From Candidatus Methylomirabilis sp. (lineage in GTDB: Bacteria > DYJV01), in contig DYJV01000007.1 in assembly GCA_020722945.1 (NCBI GenBank), forward strand, positions 1 to 54,609: 54,609 nt of DNA, written 5' to 3'. Each line of letters starts with the position of its first letter. The first letter of the stretch is position 1. The translations under genes and the position numbers were made by a program. Below the pieces are notes generated by a model. The model was given only the letters and a program-made list of their open reading frames with translations. It was not told where the DNA came from and made no database searches. Below, in pieces: positions 7,365-18,753 of this stretch.

Positions 7365-8153
7365 TTATTTGATATCGATGATTAGATTTTTTATTCCTTT
7401 TTCGTAGACTTCATTTACTGTGATTGTAAATTTGCTGTTTTCGATGGTTTCTTTCTTTTCAGGAATTTTGCCGAGCTCTTTTATGATATAACCACCAATT
7501 GTGTCGTAAGGACCCTCTTCAAAATCTATGTCAAGCTCTTCACTGATATCTTCAATAGGGCATTTGGCATCAATGAGATATTGTTTTTCATCCAATTTTT
7601 TGATTAATGATTCCTCTATTTCTTGAAATTCATCCACAAAATCACCAATTATCTCCTCCATAATATCACCAAGTGTCACCAAACCACAAACACCACCAAA
7701 TTCATCAACTACAACTGCTGTATGAACCTTTTTCTCTTTGAACTCTTTAAGAAGGAGTAGTATTTTTTTGGTTTCGGGAACGAAATAAGCGGGGCGGAGA
7801 TATTTTTTTAAGGAGAATTGAGTATCTTGCAAATTTGATAAAAGTAGATCTTTTGAGTATATAAAACCTACAATATTGTCGATATTTTCCTCATATACAG
7901 GGATTCTTGAGTGCTTGCATTCGTGAAAGATAGCAAGAACCTGATTTAAATCTGAATCTAAGCTTAATGCTACCATTTCGGTTCTTGGAACCATTATCTC
8001 TCTTACAATAGTATCAGAGATATCAATTACATTTTTGATTATCTCTTCAGACTCTGTATTGATAATACCTTTTTGGACAAGGAGAGTTATAAGTTCTTCA
8101 AATTTATCTTTGTCTTCAAGATTATTCATTAATTCTAATATGTTACTCTTCAT
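7365..8153 (-). CDS. CBS-pair plus CorC/HlyC C-terminal domain protein (CNNM/CorC family, soluble form)
   Basis: 262 aa. Tandem CBS-like segments followed by a transporter-associated C-terminal domain. No DUF21 TM region. Confidence 0.7.
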   Translation of the reverse strand: MKSNILELMNNLEDKDKFEELITLLVQKGIINTESEEIIKNVIDISDTIVREIMVPRTEMVALSLDSDLNQVLAIFHECKHSRIPVYEENIDNIVGFIYSKDLLLSNLQDTQFSLKKYLRPAYFVPETKKILLLLKEFKEKKVHTAVVVDEFGGVCGLVTLGDIMEEIIGDFVDEFQEIEESLIKKLDEKQYLIDAKCPIEDISEELDIDFEEGPYDTIGGYIIKELGKIPEKKETIENSKFTITVNEVYEKGIKNLIIDIK

Positions 8154-8548
8154 TAAATATACCTTTGTAAAAAAGATTTTATTTCTGGGGGTATTTTGCT
8201 GATTTTAAAGTTTTCATCAATTGATACAAGCAGTGTCTCTGCTTTGAATTTGAGGAAATTTTCTGAATATATTTCGTATAAAAGAGAGAAACTGCTGTTT
8301 TTGATAAATTTTACAGAGAGTATAACAGATATCTCTTCTCCATAAAAAACAGGTTTGATATATTCACATTCAATTTTCTTTACAGCAAAAAAAATTTTTC
8401 TGGCATAGAGTTCTTTTGAAGAAATTCCTGCCTGCTCTAAAAAATCAGTTCTTCCTCTTTCAAGGAAACGCAGGTAGTTTGCATAATATACAACTCCACC
8501 TGCGTCTGTATCTTCATAATAAATTTTGTAATTAAAGATATTTTTCAA
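8153..8548 (-). CDS. YbgC/4HBT-type acyl-CoA thioesterase
   Basis: 131 aa. N-terminus YKIYYEDTDAGGVVYYANYLRF is typical of the hotdog-fold YbgC family. Confidence 0.7.
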   Translation of the reverse strand: MKNIFNYKIYYEDTDAGGVVYYANYLRFLERGRTDFLEQAGISSKELYARKIFFAVKKIECEYIKPVFYGEEISVILSVKFIKNSSFSLLYEIYSENFLKFKAETLLVSIDENFKISKIPPEIKSFLQRYI

Positions 8549-8558
8549 TATTGACTGA

Positions 8559-9989
<1,431 letters not shown>

Positions 9990-9997
<8 letters not shown>

Positions 9998-10442
9998 TTT
10001 TGAACTCCTCTTTGAATTTAGGTTTAAAAACAAGAACTGGGCATTTAGCAAGTTTGATAACTTTTTGAGAGACACTCCCCATTATAAATCCCGGAAGTCC
10101 CACTCTTCCGTGAGAAGGGATAATAATAAGTCCTGCTTTTATCTCTTCAGCATAATCGAGTATCTCTCTATAGGCTATCCCCTCTCTGATAGAACTTGAA
10201 TTGGGGATACCCCTTTGATTAAATTTTTCAGAATAATTTTTGATGTAATCTTTAAGTAAATTTTTATGTTGTTCAAGAAGGGTCTCCATAAGGTTAAGAT
10301 CTGCAATTCCTGTATGGTATATTTCAGAAACTGTTAACAAAAATATTTCTCCGTTGTATTTGGATGCAATATCTGAAGCAATATCAATACAACTATCATC
10401 TATTATCTCTCCAAAAACTGGAAATAAGATTTTCTTAAACAT
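9990..10442 (-). CDS. Universal stress protein (UspA family)
   Basis: 150 aa. Called from the Usp-family architecture and an ATP-binding G-rich motif (IIIPSHGRVGLPGFIMGSVSQKV). Confidence 0.75.
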
Positions 10443-10466
10443 CTCTCCACCCCCTTAAAAATTTAT

Positions 10467-11900
10467 TTAACCTTTTATTACACCAATAGGTCTTAGTTTT
10501 GCAACCTTTTTTGCAATATTATGAAAACAAATTACATCTACAACATCATCTATATTTTTGTAAGCTTCAGGCAGCTCTTCAGCTAAAGTTTTACTGCTTG
10601 CAGCTAAAATATGTATCCCTTTATCTTTTAATTTCCCTAATATCTCTTGACTGTTCAATGTAGATAATGCTTTTTTTCTGCTAAAATTCCTACCTGCACC
10701 GTGGCTGCAACTTAAGAATGTTCCACTTTCTTTACCAGTCCCAACGAGAAGATACGATGCTCTTCCCATATCCCCCGGTAAAATTATAGGCTGTCCGATT
10801 TTGGAATATTTATCTGGGATAGAATCTGAATATGGTCCGAGTGCTTTTGTTGCACCTTTTCTATGAACTAAAACTTTCTGACCGTTATGAGTCTCTATTT
10901 TTGCAATATTATGTGAAATATCAAAAATCTGATAAAATCCAAGCTCTCTTGGGGTGAGAGCAAAAGTTTTCATTAAGTTGTCCTCTGTGAGTGATTTGAT
11001 TATTTGCCTATTAGCCCACGCATAGTTTGCTGCTGCGTTCATACAATTAAAGTATCTCTGAGCAGTTTCTGATTTGAAAGGCAAAGCTATAAGCTCCCTG
11101 TCTATTGGAGTGTATCTGTATTTTGATATATCTTTTCTCATTATCTTTAGAAAATCATCACAAACCTGATATCCAAAACCTCTTGAACCAGTGTGTATCA
11201 TTACCATTACTTGTCCATAAGTTATATTAAAAGCAGCTGCTATATCAAAATCAAAAATTTCATCTACCACCTGTATCTCTAAAAAATGATTGCCAGAACC
11301 GAGTGTGCCAAGCTGCTCTCTGCCCCGCTCAATTGCTCTTTGAGATAGAAATTTTTCAGAGTCGTTTTCTATGCAGCCATTGTTTTCGGTGTATTCAAGA
11401 TCGATGTTACTGCCGTAACCGTATTCTACAGCCCATTGTGCACCTCCTTTTAAAACTTTTGAAAACTCTTTTGCTGTAATATTTTTTATTGCGTGTTTAG
11501 AGCCAAGACCAGAAGGGATATTGTTATACAAATTTGCCATTAGAGAAGATAATTCATTTTTTATATCATTATAAAAGAGATTTGTCCTTAGTAGCCTAAC
11601 TCCACAATTTATATCGTATCCTACTCCACCCGGTGATATATAACCATCTTCAATATCAACAGCAGCTACTCCACCAATAGGGAAACCGTAACCTTCGTGA
11701 ATATCTGGCATTGCTATGGAGCTACATACTATTCCTGGAAGAGTGGCAACATTTTTTACCTGTAAAAGACTTCTATCCTCCTTTATACTTTTTAAAAGGG
11801 GTTCAGAGGCATAAATTTTGCCAGAAACAAGCATCTGGTCGTGTTTGGGGATCTCCCATAAAAAATCAGATATTTTACTGAGCTGCATGTTTAAAATCAA
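10467..11900 (-). CDS. rtcB: RNA-splicing ligase RtcB
   Basis: 477 aa. Conserved metal and GMP-His motifs, including ...CSHGAGR... and HNIA. Confidence 0.9.
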   Translation of the reverse strand: MILNMQLSKISDFLWEIPKHDQMLVSGKIYASEPLLKSIKEDRSLLQVKNVATLPGIVCSSIAMPDIHEGYGFPIGGVAAVDIEDGYISPGGVGYDINCGVRLLRTNLFYNDIKNELSSLMANLYNNIPSGLGSKHAIKNITAKEFSKVLKGGAQWAVEYGYGSNIDLEYTENNGCIENDSEKFLSQRAIERGREQLGTLGSGNHFLEIQVVDEIFDFDIAAAFNITYGQVMVMIHTGSRGFGYQVCDDFLKIMRKDISKYRYTPIDRELIALPFKSETAQRYFNCMNAAANYAWANRQIIKSLTEDNLMKTFALTPRELGFYQIFDISHNIAKIETHNGQKVLVHRKGATKALGPYSDSIPDKYSKIGQPIILPGDMGRASYLLVGTGKESGTFLSCSHGAGRNFSRKKALSTLNSQEILGKLKDKGIHILAASSKTLAEELPEAYKNIDDVVDVICFHNIAKKVAKLRPIGVIKG

Positions 11901-12040
11901 CTCTCTTTCTATTCTTAAAATAAGATTATCTTAAATTGTGCTTTAAAGTATTGTAATAATTTTCTGAAGGGGTTAGAAAATCATTTTCTAATAATTAAAA
12001 TAACAAGTTATTCTCTAATGGTCAAATGAAAAGTTAATTA

Positions 12041-12069
12041 TTGACATAAAAAAATTTATTTTATAACAA
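12041..12069 (+). promoter_or_regulatory. Sigma70-like promoter: TTGACA, 15-17 bp spacer, TATAAC/TAACAA
   Basis: Read from the sequence. It lies about 30 nt upstream of the small ORF at 12102. Confidence 0.35.
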
Positions 12070-12101
12070 TAGATTTTCTTTTTCAAAGTATTTAAGGGGT
12101 T

Positions 12102-12296
12102 ATGATGGCTGTAGATACAGGTTTTATAAAAAATTTACTAAAAAATCCAAATATGAGCTTATTGAGAGAGTTTACTTTCAATCAGGGGAATGTAGTCAAA
12201 ACTACTTTTAATAGTCCTAATGCTATTACAAAAGTTAAATCAATGAGTGCCAAGAATACTTTTATAGTCACAGATGATCTTGCAACTACTGATTAG
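12102..12296 (+). CDS. Small hypothetical protein (64 aa)
   Basis: RBS aagggg 4 nt before the ATG. The promoter-like element lies upstream. No family recognised. Confidence 0.3.
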   Translation: MMAVDTGFIKNLLKNPNMSLLREFTFNQGNVVKTTFNSPNAITKVKSMSAKNTFIVTDDLATTD

Positions 12297-12402
12297 CAGT
12301 TTATTACAATTGCTCAAGGTGATAAAATTGCAAAGATTTATTGACAGTATCAGAGATTAAAAAACAACTGGCGAAAATTGGTTTTAATATCTAAAAAATA
12401 TT

Positions 12403-13365
12403 ATGAAAAAAGAACAAAAACTTTCAAACATCATAATTTATCAAGCACCAAATGGAGCCATTGAACTAAAAGGTGATTTTGATAAAGAAACAATTTGGGC
12501 AAATCAAAGTCAAATTGTAGATCTTTTTGGAGTAGATCAATCTGTTATCTCAAGACATATCAAAAATATTTTCAAAGATGGTGAAGTAGACCAAAAAAGC
12601 AATATGCAAAAAATGCATATTCCAAATTCTGATAAACCTGTTGTTTTTTATTCTTTGGATGTGATTTTGTCTGTCGGATATAGGACAAATTCTAAAGTTG
12701 CAATTGATTTTAGAAAATGGGCGACAAATATTCTAAAAGATCATTTAATACAAGGCTACACTATCAACAAAAAAATACTTGCCAAAAACTATACACTCTT
12801 TCAACAAGCACTTTCTGATATACAAAAGATTTCTCAAAATAAACTTTTTTCAAATGATATTTTGGAATTGGTAAAAACTTTTAGTTATACTTGGTTTTCG
12901 CTTGATGCTTTTGATAAGGAAAGATTGCAAACTAAAAAAATAACAAAAAAATCTATAAAACTTGATGCTAAAAAACTTTATGAAGATTTAGAAATATTAA
13001 AAAAGGAACTTATAGCAAAAAATGAAGCAACTGGCCTTTTTGCACAAGAAAAACAAAAAGGAAGTTTAGAAGGTATTTTAGGAAATGTTTTTCAGTCAGC
13101 TTTTGGACAAGATGTTTATCCAAGTATAGAATCAAAAGCAGCACATTTACTATATTTTATCGTCAAAAATCATCCCTTTAATGATGGCAACAAAAGAAGT
13201 GGTGCTTTTGCTTTTATCTGGTTTTTGCAAAAAGCAAAATATGGTTTTATAGATAAAATCACACCTCAAGCATTAACAGCAATTACCTTGCTTATTGCAA
13301 TAAGTGATCCAAAGGACAAGCAAAGAATGATTGATTTGGTAATTTTACTTTTAACTGGAAAATAG
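12403..13365 (+). CDS. RhuM-family N-terminal domain fused to a Doc-type Fic domain (Fic/DOC family protein)
   Basis: The N-terminal ~200 aa match the RhuM pattern (...IWANQSQIVDLFGVDQSVISRHIKNIF...VILSVGYRTNSKVAIDFRKWAT...). The C-terminus carries HPFNDGNKRSG, which is the Doc-type HxFx(D/N)GNKR variant of the Fic motif. Confidence 0.8.
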   Translation: MKKEQKLSNIIIYQAPNGAIELKGDFDKETIWANQSQIVDLFGVDQSVISRHIKNIFKDGEVDQKSNMQKMHIPNSDKPVVFYSLDVILSVGYRTNSKVAIDFRKWATNILKDHLIQGYTINKKILAKNYTLFQQALSDIQKISQNKLFSNDILELVKTFSYTWFSLDAFDKERLQTKKITKKSIKLDAKKLYEDLEILKKELIAKNEATGLFAQEKQKGSLEGILGNVFQSAFGQDVYPSIESKAAHLLYFIVKNHPFNDGNKRSGAFAFIWFLQKAKYGFIDKITPQALTAITLLIAISDPKDKQRMIDLVILLLTGK

Positions 13366-13386
13366 ATAATGGTGAATGGTAAATTA

Positions 13387-13431
13387 AGAATTGTGAATTA
13401 AAAAAAAATTCATAATTCACAATTAATTTTT
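13387..13431 (+). terminator. Hairpin (aattgtgaatt ... aattcacaatt) followed by a T-run; terminator for the Fic/DOC gene
   Basis: 11-bp inverted repeat followed by aatttttcc, read from the sequence. Confidence 0.4.
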
Positions 13432-13659
13432 CCCCGACCCATTTTGAAAAAATCGAAACAGAAAAAATTAAATTTTCAGAAATAATATAAAATTTCTCTA
13501 CTAAAAATAACGAGTGGAAAAATGGCTTCTCCACTTTGCTCCGACCCTTCGGGACACTTGAGCAGCTGAATATCTGCAAGGGTTTTGCCATATTCTTTTT
13601 TGCTATTGCTACGGTAAACATCAGATATTCTAAAACGTAAGATACTCCATTTTAAATTT

Positions 13660-14193
13660 CTATTTTATCTTATCCTCTGTTTTAAAAATACCGCTGTCAT
13701 TATCCTTCTCCTTGTTAGCCACCTCGACATCCTTTTTGACAAGTTCGTTAAATGCACGTGAATTGATTTTTATATGGTAAAGTCCCCAATTCCCATTTCT
13801 GTTGATAATTGTAAGCTCTATCTCTGCCCGACCAGTTTCTTTAAATCTGGCTAATGCGACATATTTCCCATAATAATATTTCCTCTCTTTAAATGAGTAG
13901 GATGTTTTTATCTTCCCTTTTGCACCGAGAAATTGGTCGAAAGTCCCCATTTTCTTGTAAAGATTAAGCATCTCTTTTATTTTACTGCTGTCTAAATTTT
14001 TTAAGAGATCTGGTGATGAATATTTTAAAAAGGTATCTTCATCTAATGTTTGTAATATTTGTGGCAGAGCTGTTTTTACAAATTCATCTCCCTCTTTTTG
14101 CATAGTGGGGTCACCCTTCCCTATAAAGAAAGTTATACCCAAAATTGTGATTACAAAAATTACTCCAAAGATAATTAATAATTTCTTAAACAT
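13660..14193 (-). CDS. Membrane-anchored hypothetical protein (177 aa)
   Basis: N-terminal TM helix. It starts 1 nt after the stop of the heptosyltransferase gene, so it is probably co-transcribed with murJ and waa-like genes. Confidence 0.5.
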   Translation of the reverse strand: MFKKLLIIFGVIFVITILGITFFIGKGDPTMQKEGDEFVKTALPQILQTLDEDTFLKYSSPDLLKNLDSSKIKEMLNLYKKMGTFDQFLGAKGKIKTSYSFKERKYYYGKYVALARFKETGRAEIELTIINRNGNWGLYHIKINSRAFNELVKKDVEVANKEKDNDSGIFKTEDKIK

Positions 14194-15210
14194 TTAAACC
14201 CCCAATAATTTTTTGACTATATCTTTAATCTCTTCAACAGAGATACTCTTCATACAGTTGTTGTGTCCATATTGACATAACCTTTTTTTACAAGGTGAGC
14301 AAGGTAATTTTTTGTAAATTATATTCTGATTCATTGTGTAAGGTGGTGTCTCCTTTGGGTCAGTTGGTCCAAAAATAGCCACAATATTAATTTGTAAAGC
14401 ATCTGCTATATGCATTGGACCAGTATCGTTTGTTATAAATATCTTGAATTTACTCATAATGCTTGAACTATTTTGGAGTGATAATTTGCCAGTAAGATTT
14501 ATAACATTTGGAATTTCTGAAAATATCTGATTGTAAGAGACATTGTCCCTGCCACCAATTATTATAAAAGTGACCTCAGGGATGCTTTTAGAGAGAGATT
14601 TTATCAGCTTTAAATAATTTTCCCTCCCCCAGCATTTTGCTTCTCCATATGTAGCACCAGGGTTTAAGCCTATGATGATTTTGTTAGATAAAGAGTTTTC
14701 CTGTATAAAGTAATTAGCCCAATTTATCTGAGATTCTGATAATTCTAAGTAAGGGGGTGGTTCTTCCTGAAACTCTTTGTATAATTTGAGAATATTGAGA
14801 TAATATTTTACCCTATGCTGTTTTAAGCTATTATTATCCCTATTAAGATATTTTTTAAAGAAGAGCTTTTTAAAACTATCTGCATATCCGTAAATATTTT
14901 TTACTCCACCAAGTAGAAGTGTAAAAAACATCCTATATGATCTGGGTAGTATAAATCCTTTATCAAAAAGATGTGCTCTTATTGTTTTAATTACCTCTAA
15001 AGTTGTCCCTATTTTTTTGTCTTTGTAAAAGATAGGATTGATACGAAGATTGTGGCAAGGATACTCTATTAGTGAGAAGATATGCTCATTAATTAAGATA
15101 TATATCTCTGAATCAGGGAAAATATCCCTTGATTTATTTAAAAAGGGGAGACTCATCACAACATCCCCTATCCAATTTGGAAGAACAATTAGAATTTTCT
15201 TCTTATCCAT
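14194..15210 (-). CDS. ADP-heptose:LPS heptosyltransferase (glycosyltransferase family 9)
   Basis: 338 aa. The N-terminus KKKILIVLPNWIGDVVMSLPFL is typical of the GT9 family (WaaC/WaaF/WaaQ). Confidence 0.75.
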   Translation of the reverse strand: MDKKKILIVLPNWIGDVVMSLPFLNKSRDIFPDSEIYILINEHIFSLIEYPCHNLRINPIFYKDKKIGTTLEVIKTIRAHLFDKGFILPRSYRMFFTLLLGGVKNIYGYADSFKKLFFKKYLNRDNNSLKQHRVKYYLNILKLYKEFQEEPPPYLELSESQINWANYFIQENSLSNKIIIGLNPGATYGEAKCWGRENYLKLIKSLSKSIPEVTFIIIGGRDNVSYNQIFSEIPNVINLTGKLSLQNSSSIMSKFKIFITNDTGPMHIADALQINIVAIFGPTDPKETPPYTMNQNIIYKKLPCSPCKKRLCQYGHNNCMKSISVEEIKDIVKKLLGV

Positions 15211-16745
15211 ATAGTTAGATTCTTTATCTCCTCAATTTTTGTAATGTAGCATGACCAGAAATATGAAATGACAGATATAAAAATCATTCCTATTATGTAT
15301 AAAGATTTTATAATCAGGTTGTAATCTGCTGAGAATAGAAATATTTTCTGATAAATAATTAGAGTAAAAATCAAAATAGAGGAGGGGAAGGTAAGTTTCA
15401 AAATATATTTAAAAATATCCCTTATGTCAAATGTGATAAATGTTTTTAGAAAACAGAGTAAAATGATAAAATTGAAGATTGATGATATTGAAGTTGCAAG
15501 AGCAAGCCCTAAATGAAAAAGTGGTTTCATCAGAATAAGGCTCACTAAAATATTTACAATTAGAGCATAAAACCCTACTTTTACAGGTAATTTGGTGTTT
15601 TTAAATGCATAAAATAGTGGAATTACAACTCTTATCCCTGAATAAGCCCAAAGAGCGACACTGTAACCTATCAAGGCTGAATAAACATTTTTAAGTGCAA
15701 TCTCATCAAATTCTCCTCTTTCAAATAGGAGAGAAAGTATAGGTTTGCCACCAAAGATTAGACCTATCATTGCTGGAATTGTAATTAAAAATAGTAACTT
15801 TAAGCTGTAATTCATTGTTTGAATCATACTTTGAGTATCTGTTTTTACCTGCTGCTCTGACAAGATAGGGAGTAAAGCTGAACCTATTGAAACAGCAAAT
15901 ATTCCAAGAGGAAACTGTATCAACCTATCTGCATAGTAGAGGTAAGAAACTGTTCCACTTGGTAGAAATGAAGCAATCAAAGTTCCAATAAAGATATTTA
16001 TCTGAGTAATCCCTAAGCCGAGAATAGATGGTCCCATTAGATTTAAAATTTTTTTTATAGCATTGTGTCTAAAGTTAAAATTTGGAGTGATTTTTATATC
16101 AAATTTCTTTAAATATATCATTTGTAGAGAGAGTTGTAAAATCCCGCCTCCGACTACACCCCACGCAACTCCATAGACTATATTTTGACCTGAAAAAGCG
16201 GCAAAAAATGCCCCTAAGATTATGCTGATATTCAGTAATGCGGGTGATATGGCAGGAGCAAAGAAATGTTTTAATGAGTTTAAGATCCCCATACATAGTG
16301 CAACAAGACTTATAAACAGTATGTATGAAAACATTATCTTATTTAAATTGACAGTAAGTGTAAATTTTGTAATATCTTCACTGAACCCGGGGGCTATTAA
16401 CTTCACTACTTCCTCAGAGAAGTAAATTCCAAAAAATGTGATTAAGATGAGAGTTATCGTAAGTAGTGTAAATGATATTGATGCAATTCGTGAACCTTCC
16501 TCTCTCCCCTGCTGAGTGTAATATTGTGTAAATACAGGGATAAATGAAGCTGTGAGAGAGCCTTCACCAAATAGTCGTCTTAAAAAATTAGGAATTCTAA
16601 AAGCAACAAAGAAAGCATCAGCCCTGAAACCTGTCCCAAGATAATTTGCAATGACCATATCCCTCAAAAACCCAAGTATCCTACTTATAAATGTAGAACT
16701 TCCCATTACCAGAGCAGCTTTTGTGACTATTTTGTTATAATTCAT
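15189..16745 (-). CDS. murJ: Lipid II flippase MurJ (MviN)
   Basis: 518 aa with multiple TM segments. The N-terminus SRILGFLRDMVIANYLGTGFRADAFFVAFRIPNFLRRLFGEG is the MurJ signature. Confidence 0.9.
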   Translation of the reverse strand: MNYNKIVTKAALVMGSSTFISRILGFLRDMVIANYLGTGFRADAFFVAFRIPNFLRRLFGEGSLTASFIPVFTQYYTQQGREEGSRIASISFTLLTITLILITFFGIYFSEEVVKLIAPGFSEDITKFTLTVNLNKIMFSYILFISLVALCMGILNSLKHFFAPAISPALLNISIILGAFFAAFSGQNIVYGVAWGVVGGGILQLSLQMIYLKKFDIKITPNFNFRHNAIKKILNLMGPSILGLGITQINIFIGTLIASFLPSGTVSYLYYADRLIQFPLGIFAVSIGSALLPILSEQQVKTDTQSMIQTMNYSLKLLFLITIPAMIGLIFGGKPILSLLFERGEFDEIALKNVYSALIGYSVALWAYSGIRVVIPLFYAFKNTKLPVKVGFYALIVNILVSLILMKPLFHLGLALATSISSIFNFIILLCFLKTFITFDIRDIFKYILKLTFPSSILIFTLIIYQKIFLFSADYNLIIKSLYIIGMIFISVISYFWSCYITKIEEIKNLTIWIRRKF

Positions 16746-16754
16746 ACCGTTTGG

Positions 16755-17318
16755 TTACTCTAATCCAAGCATCCCATTTTTGAGTGATTCTGTTGGTGGG
16801 TTATTCCCAAACCAAATTGAGAAAAGTGCTACCATAAAATCACGATTTGGTATCAGTTTCTTGAAATTATTATTTATTTCGATTGTAGTCCCTTTATTAG
16901 GTATAAATGTAAGTTTTATCTGATCACCTTTTTTTATATCTTGGTTGAAACATGAGTAAAATGTATCAAGCTCCCCTTTTATCTTATTTAGAAGTTCTGG
17001 TGAATTATCTTCAAACCCATCTTTGAATGATGATACTATTTTCTCCTTTTTAACCTCATCGTATAAAAAGTGCATAAATATCTGTTTTGGGATATCACTG
17101 TTTATTATCTGATTACTATTTGAACTTTTTTCTGGTAGATAGAGTGCTCCAACATAGATATTAAAAAACAATTTTGTTCTGATTCCAGCACCATTTAATA
17201 AAAGATTGGAATTTTCAACTGTTATTCTTTCAGGCAGAGTCACTCCGTTGATCTCAACAGCATATAAATTGGATGTTATTGATAGAATTATAAATAGTAA
17301 AATAAAGATATTTTTCAT
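16755..17318 (-). CDS. Chalcone-isomerase-like family protein, secreted
   Basis: 187 aa. Signal peptide. VEINGVTLPERI...LLNGAGIRTKLFFNIYVGALYL is characteristic of bacterial CHI-like proteins. Confidence 0.65.
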   Translation of the reverse strand: MKNIFILLFIILSITSNLYAVEINGVTLPERITVENSNLLLNGAGIRTKLFFNIYVGALYLPEKSSNSNQIINSDIPKQIFMHFLYDEVKKEKIVSSFKDGFEDNSPELLNKIKGELDTFYSCFNQDIKKGDQIKLTFIPNKGTTIEINNNFKKLIPNRDFMVALFSIWFGNNPPTESLKNGMLGLE

Positions 17319-17477
17319 TTTCTCCCCCTAAAAAAAATTTTATTAAACATTTATGGATAAATATTTAGATGTTGTTTTATTTCTTTATATTGCTCTACTT
17401 TTTACTCATAGCTACCAATAGGTGAATGAAAGCCTATAATAGTAACTTTTGTATTACTCTTAATTATCCCTCTTTAC

Positions 17478-18524
17478 TTAAAATAAGATAGAGTAAAGGA
17501 GTGTTTTATTTTCGTCAAGTAGTGTAACTCTAAAATAAAACTTTCTATCTAAAAAAAATTTTGCAACCTCATTTTTTATCACTAATTCGGTCACTCTACT
17601 TTTGTAAAGAAGAGATGTAACAAATGTTGAATCAGGGCTTATTTCAAGAAATATATTTTTCTCTGTATCAAACCTTGCTACTACCATATTTTCTGAATAT
17701 TTTCCAAGAAATTTAAATTTAGCTTCGATATTATTGTTAATTGAGTTTATATACTTCAAAAAGTTAATAAATTTTTTAAAATGTTTTTCGTAGTAGATAT
17801 TTTTTGAGTTTTCTATCATTTGGGCTTTATGGTTGCTGTAAGAGGATGTGTGAATAATTGATGCACTATTGTCATAGGCAAGTTTTTCCCCATTTGTATA
17901 CATTCTTCTAAAAAGATCAGTATCTTCAAAGTATAAAAAAAATCTCTCATCAAATTTGTATCTTTTAAATGTTGCTCTGTTGATCATAAAATGACCACCA
18001 GACAAAGTATTTGTAAAAAATAATTGATTGTGAAGATAGTAGTTGTAGTTTCTACGATGGATAATATAGGAAAAAATGCTGTAAAATAAGCTATTATTCA
18101 TTGATATTTTATAAAGAAAAAATTTAAAAGGTGTCTTTTCTGATGCTGGAGTTACGATATACTCCTTTTCTGAATCAAAATAGACTTTTGGGGAGATAGC
18201 GGACACTCTTTTGTCTGATATTTTTTCTGAAAGTCTGATTATCTCCTCTACTGATATATCTGTATCAGGATTCAGAAAAAAGATCTTATCGCTATTTATA
18301 AATTTGTCGACTGCAAAATTACAAGCTTTTGCAAACCCTGAATTGTAGGGCATTTTATGGTATATGATATTGCTCTGATTAGGCAACTTTGAAGATAAAT
18401 CTATGCTGTCGCCATTATCTATTATAATAATATCAAAAGATTGTTTATTTAATTTTTTTATTAGATTTAATATTTTCTCACCTGTAAAGAAATTAACAAC
18501 AATAATTGAAATATCTTTTTTCAT
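17478..18524 (-). CDS. Family 2 glycosyltransferase
   Basis: 348 aa. MKKDISIIVVNFFTGEKIL... is a GT-A N-terminus, with DxD-type motifs. Confidence 0.7.
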   Translation of the reverse strand: MKKDISIIVVNFFTGEKILNLIKKLNKQSFDIIIIDNGDSIDLSSKLPNQSNIIYHKMPYNSGFAKACNFAVDKFINSDKIFFLNPDTDISVEEIIRLSEKISDKRVSAISPKVYFDSEKEYIVTPASEKTPFKFFLYKISMNNSLFYSIFSYIIHRRNYNYYLHNQLFFTNTLSGGHFMINRATFKRYKFDERFFLYFEDTDLFRRMYTNGEKLAYDNSASIIHTSSYSNHKAQMIENSKNIYYEKHFKKFINFLKYINSINNNIEAKFKFLGKYSENMVVARFDTEKNIFLEISPDSTFVTSLLYKSRVTELVIKNEVAKFFLDRKFYFRVTLLDENKTLLYSILF

Positions 18525-18653
18525 ATCGCTTTTCTATTATTTTTATATAAATTTTACAAATAAAAAATTTTTTAAATATATTGTTATTTTTATAAGTAAT
18601 TGTTTTTAAAGCATTTTTATGGGAGAAGAGTTATCTTTCTTAAAATATATATA

Positions 18654-18676
18654 ATGTAATGTGATTACGATTACAT
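18654..18676. promoter_or_regulatory. Overlapping palindromes ATGTAAT-gtgattacg-ATTACAT containing the direct repeat GATTACGATTAC. Candidate operator upstream of the large secreted protein gene.
   Basis: Read directly from the sequence. The site lies 78-100 bp upstream of the ATG at 18754. Confidence 0.35.
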
Positions 18677-18753
18677 ACTTTTCTATTTTTTTGTTTTATA
18701 TAAGTAAAACTATAAAGATATAGTTCCCAAAAAACCCAAAAAAGGAGGCTCAA

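Noticed and set aside
13292-13621. 109-aa minus-strand ORF spanning the Fic gene 3' end and the convergent intergenic region
   Set aside because: It overlaps the Fic/DOC CDS and then runs through terminator hairpins. It has no RBS and its product is hydrophobic and low-complexity.
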